Origin: Planctomycetota bacterium
GTDB taxonomy: Bacteria > Planctomycetota > B15-G4 > JADJEK01
Assembly (NCBI GenBank): GCA_044225365.1
Contig: JBGAIQ010000044.1
Location: 1 to 47,909 of the forward strand
Direction: 5' to 3'
Length of the DNA stretch: 47,909 bases
Shown: positions 1 to 6,906 of the stretch, piece by piece
Numbering within the stretch: position 1 is the first letter of the stretch
Layout of the letters: every line of letters begins with the position of its first letter
The notes under the pieces: generated by a model
Database searches by the model: none
The model's input: only the letters and a program-made list of their open reading frames with translations
What the model was told of the DNA's origin: nothing
Program-made: the position numbers and the translations under genes

Positions 1-160
1 CGGCATCTTTTCCGGACCGCCGGGATCCGCCCCGGAAGGGAAGAAGAAAAGCCAGGCTAGAGCCTGGCGGTCTGGCGATATCGGACCGCCGAGCTCCAGC
101 CCGGCATCTTTTCCGGACCGCCGGGCTCCAGCCCGGCATCTTTTCCGGACCGCCGAGATC
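1..160. repeat. Cluster of REP-like palindromic repeats, including a 32-bp tandem unit
   Basis: The unit CGGACCGCCG(A/G)GCTCCAGCCCGGCATCTTTTC occurs at 82-113 and 114-145, with partial or variant copies at 1-35 and 146-160 and an inverted variant at 51-72. The core forms the hairpin GCCGGGCT-CC-AGCCCGGC. Confidence 0.85.
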
Positions 161-206
161 CTCCTCGAACGCCCATCGCCTCGCCCGACCCATCGTCCAC
201 GCTCGA

Positions 207-215
207 TGGTATCTT
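207..215 (+). promoter_or_regulatory. Extended -10 promoter (TGGTATCTT), probably leaderless
   Basis: TGnTAnnnT ends 7 nt before the ATG at 223, and there is no Shine-Dalgarno sequence. Confidence 0.55.
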
Positions 216-222
216 CTCCGCC

Positions 223-900
223 ATGTTCGACCGGCGCTGGCTCGCTGAATCCCTCGGAACCTTCGCCCTCGTCTTCGCGGGGACCGGCGCGATCGTGGTG
301 AACGACGTCGCGGGCGGCACGATCACGCACGTCGGGATCGCGCTCACCTTCGGGTTCATCGTGCTCGCGATGATCTACACGCTCGGCGACGTCTCCGGTT
401 GTCACCTCAATCCGGCGGTAACCGTCGCGTTCGCCGTCGGGAAGCGATTCGCCTGGCGCGACGTCGTCCCGTATCTCTGCGCCCAGGCCGCTGGTGCGAT
501 CGCGGCGTCGGGCACCTTGAAACTGCTGTTTCCGGCGCACGCCACCCTCGGCGCCACGCTCCCGCGCGGGTCATCCCTACAGTCGTTCGTCCTCGAGGGG
601 ATCCTGACCTTCATCCTCATGTTCGTGATCCTATCGGTCTCGACGGGTGCGAAGGAGAAGGGGTTGCTCGCCGGTGTCGCGATCGGATCCGTGGTCGCGC
701 TCGAGGCGATGTTCGCCGGGCCGATCTGCGGAGCCTCGATGAATCCGATTCGCTCGCTCGCGCCCGCGCTCGTCTCGGGTGAACTCCGATCGCTGTGGAT
801 CTACCTCGTCGCCCCGATGCTCGGCGCGATCGCGGCCGTCTACGCCTGTTGCGCGATTCGCGATCCCGATTGCTGCAATGGCGAGACCTGCCCGTCCTGA
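223..900 (+). CDS. MIP family channel (aquaporin/aquaglyceroporin) with Cys-rich C-terminal tail
   Basis: AESLGTF start, SGCHLNPAVT (first NPA), GASMNPIRS (second, NPI variant), six hydrophobic helices, tail ACCAIRDPDCCNGETC. Confidence 0.93.
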   Translation: MFDRRWLAESLGTFALVFAGTGAIVVNDVAGGTITHVGIALTFGFIVLAMIYTLGDVSGCHLNPAVTVAFAVGKRFAWRDVVPYLCAQAAGAIAASGTLKLLFPAHATLGATLPRGSSLQSFVLEGILTFILMFVILSVSTGAKEKGLLAGVAIGSVVALEAMFAGPICGASMNPIRSLAPALVSGELRSLWIYLVAPMLGAIAAVYACCAIRDPDCCNGETCPS

Positions 901-957
901 TCTCCTGTTCGCACGGCTCCATTGCCGATGCCGTCGCGAATCGCTCTGCTCGTGGTC

Positions 958-3054
958 ATGCACGATTCCCCGCAACCGCGCCCCGTTCCGCCGATCGCGC
1001 CGCGCCGCCGACACCTTCACGAGAAGCACGGCGACCAGCGGGTCGACGACTTCTACTGGCTGAAGGAGAAATCGAGCCCCGAGGTGATCGCGTACCTCGA
1101 GGCCGAGAACGCGTACACGAAGGCGACGCTCGCGCACACCGAAGCGGCGCAGCAAGACCTCTACAAGGAGATGCTGGCGAGGATCAAGGAGACCGATCTC
1201 TCGGTGCCCGCGCGCGACGGCGACTACTTCTACTACCAGCGCACCGAGCAGGGCCTTCAGTACCCGATCCATTGCCGCAAGCACCGCACGCTCGACGCGC
1301 CCGAGCAGATCCTCGTCGACGAGAACGCGATGGCGAAGGGCCTCGCATTCTTCGAGGTCGGATCGCTCGAGCCGAATCCCGACCACGCGCTGCTCGCGGT
1401 CGCGATCGATGCGACGGGCGACGAGAAGTACACGCTCCGGGTGAAGGACCTCACGACGGGCGAGTTCTTGAACGAGGCGATCGCAGACACGAGCGGCGCC
1501 ATCGCGTGGGCGGATTCGAAGACGATCTTCTACGTGCTCCTCGACGAGACGCATCGCCCATTCCGCGTGATGCGCCACGTCATCGGGGAGGATTCGAAGG
1601 ACGATGTCGAAGTGTTCCGCGACGACGACGAGCGTTTCTTCGTCGGTGTCGATCGCACTCGCAGCGGCGAGTTCGTCTTCATCGAGAGCGGGAGCAAGAC
1701 GAGCACCGAGGTGCGGTTCGTCCATACGGCGACGCCGCTCATGGAGCCCACGCTCGTCGCGCCGCGCCGCGACAAGATCGAGTACTCGCTGGAGCACAGT
1801 GGCGATCGCTTCCTCATCGTCACGAATGAAGACGCCAAGAACTTCAGATTGATGGAGACGGCCACGAACTCGCCCGCGCGCGAGAACTGGCGCGAGATCG
1901 CGCCGCATCGGCCCGACGTGCATCTGCTCGCCGTCGACGCTTTCGAACGGCACCTCGTGATCAGCGAGCGACGCGACGGCGTCGTCCACCTTCGAGTGCA
2001 GGAGATCGCCTCCGGCGAGGAACACGAGATCGCGATGGACGAGACCGTCTACACGGCGCGCCTCGGCAACAATCTCGAGTACGACACGGACGAAGTGCGC
2101 TTCGGCTACTCGTCGATGGTGACGCCGAACTCGGTGTTCGACTACGACATGAAGAAGCGGACGCGAGAGCTGAAGAAGCAGCAGGAAGTCCTCGGCGGCT
2201 ACGACAAGACGCGCTTCTCGACGCAGCGGCTGCACGCGATCGCGAAGGACGGCACGCGCATCCCGATCTCGATCGTCCATCGCAAGGACTTCGCGCGCGA
2301 CGGCAAGGGGCCGCTCGTGCTCTGGGGCTACGGCAGCTACGGCATCAGCTACGACCCGCAGTTCTCGAGCGATCGGCTCTCGCTCCTCGAGCGGGGGATC
2401 GCGGTCGCGATCGCACATCCTCGCGGCGGCGGCGAACTCGGGCGGCAGTGGTACGACGACGCGAAGTGGCTCCAGAAGAAACGCACGTTCGACGACTTCA
2501 TCGCCTGCGCCGAGGAGCTGATCGGTCAGGGTTGGACGAGCCCGTCGCGTCTCGCGATCGTGGGCGGTAGCGCTGGCGGGATGCTCATCGGTTACGTGCT
2601 GAACGAGCGGCCCGAGCTCTTCCACTGCGCGCTCGCGCAGGTGCCGTTCGTCGACGTGCTGACGAGCATGCTCGACGACTCGCTCCCGCTCACGGTCGCC
2701 GAATACGAGGAATGGGGGAATCCGAACGAGCGCGAGTACTACGACTACATGAAGTCGTACTCACCCGTCGACAACGTGCGGCCCCAGAAGTACCCGGACC
2801 TGCTCGTCACGGCGGGCCTCAACGATCCCCGCGTGCAGTACTTCGAGCCCGCGAAGTGGGTGGCGAAACTGCGACTCCTGAAGCACGGCGATTCGCTGCT
2901 CCTGCTCAAGGTCAACATGGGCGCGGGCCACCAGGGCGCGTCGGGGCGCTACGACTTCCTGAAGGAGCGCGCGTTCGAGTACGCGTTCCTTCTCGATCGG
3001 TTGGGGCGACTCGGGCGTCTCGATCGATCGGGAACGACGATTCCGTACGCGTGA
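958..3054 (+). CDS. ptrB: Oligopeptidase B (S9A prolyl oligopeptidase family)
   Basis: HGDQRVDDFYWL N-terminus, GYGSYG, GGSAGG nucleophile, EEWGNP, NDPRVQYFEPAKWVAKLR, GAGH. Start could be 928 or 958. Confidence 0.92.
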   Translation: MHDSPQPRPVPPIAPRRRHLHEKHGDQRVDDFYWLKEKSSPEVIAYLEAENAYTKATLAHTEAAQQDLYKEMLARIKETDLSVPARDGDYFYYQRTEQGLQYPIHCRKHRTLDAPEQILVDENAMAKGLAFFEVGSLEPNPDHALLAVAIDATGDEKYTLRVKDLTTGEFLNEAIADTSGAIAWADSKTIFYVLLDETHRPFRVMRHVIGEDSKDDVEVFRDDDERFFVGVDRTRSGEFVFIESGSKTSTEVRFVHTATPLMEPTLVAPRRDKIEYSLEHSGDRFLIVTNEDAKNFRLMETATNSPARENWREIAPHRPDVHLLAVDAFERHLVISERRDGVVHLRVQEIASGEEHEIAMDETVYTARLGNNLEYDTDEVRFGYSSMVTPNSVFDYDMKKRTRELKKQQEVLGGYDKTRFSTQRLHAIAKDGTRIPISIVHRKDFARDGKGPLVLWGYGSYGISYDPQFSSDRLSLLERGIAVAIAHPRGGGELGRQWYDDAKWLQKKRTFDDFIACAEELIGQGWTSPSRLAIVGGSAGGMLIGYVLNERPELFHCALAQVPFVDVLTSMLDDSLPLTVAEYEEWGNPNEREYYDYMKSYSPVDNVRPQKYPDLLVTAGLNDPRVQYFEPAKWVAKLRLLKHGDSLLLLKVNMGAGHQGASGRYDFLKERAFEYAFLLDRLGRLGRLDRSGTTIPYA

Positions 3055-3069
3055 ATCGAGGGTGTCCCT

Positions 3070-4272
3070 TCAACGGGAAGCGGACTTCGGCACGATGTCG
3101 GTCTGAAGCGTCGGCTCCGCCGCGGGGACGCGCGTGACGGGAAGTCCAAGCTCCTTGCGCACGAGGTTCGTTCCCTGCGCGATCGCCGTCGACTTGAAGA
3201 ACGCGATGTCGCGATTCACGCCTTGGCGCCCGAATCCGCAATCGCTCGAGACGATGAGCTGCTCGGGCGCGACGGCGTCGAGCGCCGTGCGGATGCGACC
3301 CGCTACGTCCTCCTTGCGATCGACCTGCAACGTGCGATGGCTCACGGTGCCGACACAGATCTTCTTCGGGAGGCGGCCCTTCATCGACTTGAAGAGTTCG
3401 ATCTCGCGGAAGTTCCGATCGGTCATCTCCACGGTCCATACGTCGCCCTTCAGAGCGTGGAGGTAGAGCTCGAACGAGGCCTTGTAGCTGTCGTCGTCGA
3501 TCACCCGCTGCATGTTCGGATTGCCGAAGCAGGTGTGGATCCAGATCTCGACGTCGTCGAGTCCTTCGACTTCGCGGTTGTAGCAATCGACCATGAACTT
3601 CACTTCGTCGCTCTTCGCACCGTAGGTGTTCGCCCAGAAGTGGATCGTCGGTTCCTCGATCTGGATGCAGCGACAGCCCGCGTCCGCAAGCGCACGCAGC
3701 TCCTTGTTCATGGCGACGGCCATGTCCCACAGCACTTCGCGCTTGTCCTTGTACTTTGGGGTGTGGAGGTCGAGGAAGAGGCCCATCACTTGCGAGCAAC
3801 AGGTGCCGAAGCGCACCGGTTTGCTCGAGCGGGCCTGCGCGAGGCGCCAGAGCTTCGCGTAGTCGAGCGAGCGATGCTCGATCTTGTCGACGACGTGCGG
3901 CCAGCGCCACCCGGTGTAGATCTCGTTCAAGAGCGTGCCGGGCGGATAGCGCAACCACGGCGAGCGCGTCTCCTCGGACTGCAGCTCGTCGCCCGCGAAT
4001 CCCGCCCATCGCTGCAGCGGATAGTGGTGCCAGGAGCGGCCCGCGAAGTCGTCGTCGCAATGCAGGTCCCCATGCGTGAGGATGTCGAGGCCCGCGCGAT
4101 CCTCGTCGCCGATCACGACGCTCAGCGCGTCGGTGAACTTCTCGCGAAAGCGTACGTCCATCATGCACGTGTCGAGCGGCCGACCGAACATGCTGACGTC
4201 CATCCAGCGCGGCCGCGGCCACGATCCGGTGACGGTGCAGGGGAGGATCGAATCACGCGTGATCGTGAGCAT
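3070..4272 (-). CDS. Cobalamin-independent methionine synthase II (MetE catalytic-core) family Zn enzyme
   Basis: TVTGSWPRP, GLDILTHGD, IQIEEP, H-T-C Zn motif, SSDCGF. Single-barrel length of 400 aa; RBS GAGGTG. Confidence 0.85.
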   Translation of the reverse strand: MLTITRDSILPCTVTGSWPRPRWMDVSMFGRPLDTCMMDVRFREKFTDALSVVIGDEDRAGLDILTHGDLHCDDDFAGRSWHHYPLQRWAGFAGDELQSEETRSPWLRYPPGTLLNEIYTGWRWPHVVDKIEHRSLDYAKLWRLAQARSSKPVRFGTCCSQVMGLFLDLHTPKYKDKREVLWDMAVAMNKELRALADAGCRCIQIEEPTIHFWANTYGAKSDEVKFMVDCYNREVEGLDDVEIWIHTCFGNPNMQRVIDDDSYKASFELYLHALKGDVWTVEMTDRNFREIELFKSMKGRLPKKICVGTVSHRTLQVDRKEDVAGRIRTALDAVAPEQLIVSSDCGFGRQGVNRDIAFFKSTAIAQGTNLVRKELGLPVTRVPAAEPTLQTDIVPKSASR

Positions 4273-4385
4273 GGGGCACCTCGAGCCAACGCTTCAGCGC
4301 AGAGTCTGCGACGGGGGCGGCGGGACGTCAACGCGCGAGTTCGAACCGGCCGGATCGGAACGCCGAAGGAAACGTGAACGCGTCT

Positions 4386-4979
4386 TCAGAACGGATCGTC
4401 TCGCGTCCACGAGCGCGATGTGGAATCGAAGACCCAGCGCACCGGAGTGAAGGATCCGAACGGATCGTCGAATGCGAGCTCGTAGGCGTTGTCGCCACGC
4501 CGCGAGAACGTGAGCTCGTACTCGAGTTCGCCCGTCGAATGCAGGACGTTCTCGACCTCGGAGTCGGTGGGGAGTCGCCGTTTGCTCCCGAGGATCGCAT
4601 CGAGCCGCGCGGCGACCGCTTCCGTACTCGCCTGCATCGCGCGGAATCTTGCCTCGACGCGATGGATCGCGACACGAGGATGGATGAGCGCGAAGGCGAG
4701 AGGGGCCGCGAAGGCGCACGCGATCAGGGCGAGGTGTTTTCCCGATCGGTTCCTTGCCCGTCGCTGGAGGGCGAAGAGTCGATGGAAGAGAAGCGCGAGC
4801 GCAAGCGGGGGCATCAGGACGACTGAGGCGGCGAAGAAGTCGGGCCCGAAGGACTCGATGAACAGCGACTTCGTCGTCCAGCCGAGGCCGAACGCCGCGG
4901 CGGCGCCCGCGAGCGCGCAGAACGCAAGGTACGCGAAGGCCGTGGCGATCGGACCGAAGCGAGGTGTCGATGGAGTCAT
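4386..4979 (-). CDS. Hypothetical membrane protein (about 3 TM segments plus soluble C-terminus)
   Basis: 197-aa ORF with three hydrophobic segments that fills the gap between neighbouring genes. Confidence 0.6.
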   Translation of the reverse strand: MTPSTPRFGPIATAFAYLAFCALAGAAAAFGLGWTTKSLFIESFGPDFFAASVVLMPPLALALLFHRLFALQRRARNRSGKHLALIACAFAAPLAFALIHPRVAIHRVEARFRAMQASTEAVAARLDAILGSKRRLPTDSEVENVLHSTGELEYELTFSRRGDNAYELAFDDPFGSFTPVRWVFDSTSRSWTRDDPF

Positions 4980-5111
4980 GCTCGGCTCGAAGTCTGCGCT
5001 CGCCGCAAGGGCGAGTCAACTCATGCGTCGCGCGATTGCGTGCGGCGAGCGGGGAGAGTAGCGTCCCCATCGGTCCGGAGCTTCAAAGCCTGATTCGAAG
5101 GATGCCGTCGA

Positions 5112-6878
5112 ATGACCGCTCGCCGCGCGTTTCTCGTCGCCGCGCTCCTCGCCCCCTTCACGGCGTGCTCGCTGTGGAAGGCCCTCACGCGCTCGGAATG
5201 GGCGTCGTACCCCGCGAGCGAGTTGGAAGTCGTCGAAGCGGAACACCGGGTCGTCGTCCAGGAGGAGGGACTCGACGCCCTGGCGGCGCGAGTGCGCCTG
5301 ATTCGCGGGGCGCGCCACGAGATCCGGCTCCAGACGTTCATCTTCGAGAACGACTCCGTGGGTCGTCTCCTGGCGTTCGAACTCCTGGCCGCCGCGCGGC
5401 GCGGCGTTCGCGTTCACCTGCTCGTAGATCAGATGTTCTCGGTGCAGGATGCGAAGCTCATCGCCGCACTCGCCTCCGCCGACGCGCATTTCGAGATCCG
5501 TCACTACAACCCGGTTGCGAACCGGATCCGGCCGGTCCTCGGTCAGCAACTCGCGGCGCTCCTCGTGGACTTCCGCGGTTTCAATCATCGAATGCACAAC
5601 AAGGTCCTGACCGTCGATGGGAAGTACGTGGTCACCGGGGGACGCAACGTCCAGGATGCATATTTCTCGTATGCGACCGGACTGAACTACCACGATCGCG
5701 ATGTCCTGGTCGAAGGACCGATCGCGAAGAAGGTCGAAGCAGCCTTCGACCGCTATTGGAACAACCCGCTTGCGGTGAAGAGCGAGGACCTGATCGACGT
5801 CGGCGAAGCGATGCGCGAGAAGACGTTCGAAGCCATCGGTGACGAGCACACGTTTCGAATCGACGAAGTCCTCGCGGCGCTGGCCTCGCGCCTTACGGAC
5901 GCATCGGGTGCTCCGTTGCCCGACGAGTCCTCGTTCGCAAAGGCGATCCCCGTGCACCGCCTCGCGTTCGTCGTCGACGAGCCAGGTAAGAACTCCGGCA
6001 CACGACTCGACCAGGGCGGCGCGGCGACGCGCCATTGCCGGCAGCTCCTCGCGGGTGCGACGCGCGAGATCCTCGCGCAGACGCCCTACCTCGTCCTCAC
6101 CGATCGAGCTTTCGACCTGCTCGCCGACCTGCGACGCGATCACCCGGAGATCCGGATCCGCGCTTCCACGAACAGCCTGTCCGCGACCGACGCGTGGTAC
6201 GCCTATGCGGGCCACTATCGGCAGAAGCGGCGCTTGATCGAGGAGGGCGCCGTCGAAGTCTGCGAGTGGAAGCCGCTGCCCGGGGATCTCGCTTCGTTCG
6301 TCCCCGACTACGCGGCGCTCCGTGAGCGACGAGCCAACGAGAACGGCGTCGATCCTTCGGCCCTTCCTCCCATCGGTGATGCCGCAGGACTCGGCCGCGA
6401 GCCGTACCTCTGCCTCCACGCCAAGGCGTTCGTCGTCGATCGGGCGATTGCGATGGTGGGGTCGTTCAACGTCGATCCGCGTTCGACGAACCTCAACACC
6501 GAATCGATGATGGTGTTCTTCGATCCCGTCGTCGCGGCCCGCGTGGCGGACAGCATCGAGCGCGACATGGCTCCCCGGAACAGTTGGGTGATCTGGCGGA
6601 GGGAGCGACCGCCGGTCGTCGAGGACGTGATGTCGCTCGTCGAAGGCGTCAACGCGTTCGGAGTTTCGATCACCGGCGTCGACGTCTGGCCGAGCACGGC
6701 GACGAGCGCGTTCGAGCTGAACGACGGCGCGAGCGCGGTGAACGTGTCGGATCCTCGATTCCACGAGCACTTCAGAGAGGTCGGCAACTTCCCGTGGGTT
6801 CCGGCGTCGGATCCGCGTCTCGTGCTGGCTCAGCTCTTCGCGGCCGCTCTCGCGGAGCCCGCGAGTCCGATCCTCTGA
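5112..6878 (+). CDS. Phospholipase D family protein (cardiolipin synthase ClsC-like), probable Tat lipoprotein
   Basis: Two HKD motifs (RMHNKVLTVDG, LHAKAFVVD), GGRNV, GSFNVDPRS-NLNTE. N-terminus has TARRAFL and lipobox FTAC. Confidence 0.88.
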   Translation: MTARRAFLVAALLAPFTACSLWKALTRSEWASYPASELEVVEAEHRVVVQEEGLDALAARVRLIRGARHEIRLQTFIFENDSVGRLLAFELLAAARRGVRVHLLVDQMFSVQDAKLIAALASADAHFEIRHYNPVANRIRPVLGQQLAALLVDFRGFNHRMHNKVLTVDGKYVVTGGRNVQDAYFSYATGLNYHDRDVLVEGPIAKKVEAAFDRYWNNPLAVKSEDLIDVGEAMREKTFEAIGDEHTFRIDEVLAALASRLTDASGAPLPDESSFAKAIPVHRLAFVVDEPGKNSGTRLDQGGAATRHCRQLLAGATREILAQTPYLVLTDRAFDLLADLRRDHPEIRIRASTNSLSATDAWYAYAGHYRQKRRLIEEGAVEVCEWKPLPGDLASFVPDYAALRERRANENGVDPSALPPIGDAAGLGREPYLCLHAKAFVVDRAIAMVGSFNVDPRSTNLNTESMMVFFDPVVAARVADSIERDMAPRNSWVIWRRERPPVVEDVMSLVEGVNAFGVSITGVDVWPSTATSAFELNDGASAVNVSDPRFHEHFREVGNFPWVPASDPRLVLAQLFAAALAEPASPIL

Positions 6879-6906
6879 GGATTCGATCGGCGTCCGATTC
6901 CTCGCG

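Noticed and set aside
1-160. Possible CRISPR array (32-bp period)
   Set aside because: The units abut with no unique spacers, inverted copies occur, and no cas genes are present. It fits a REP-like or tandem repeat.
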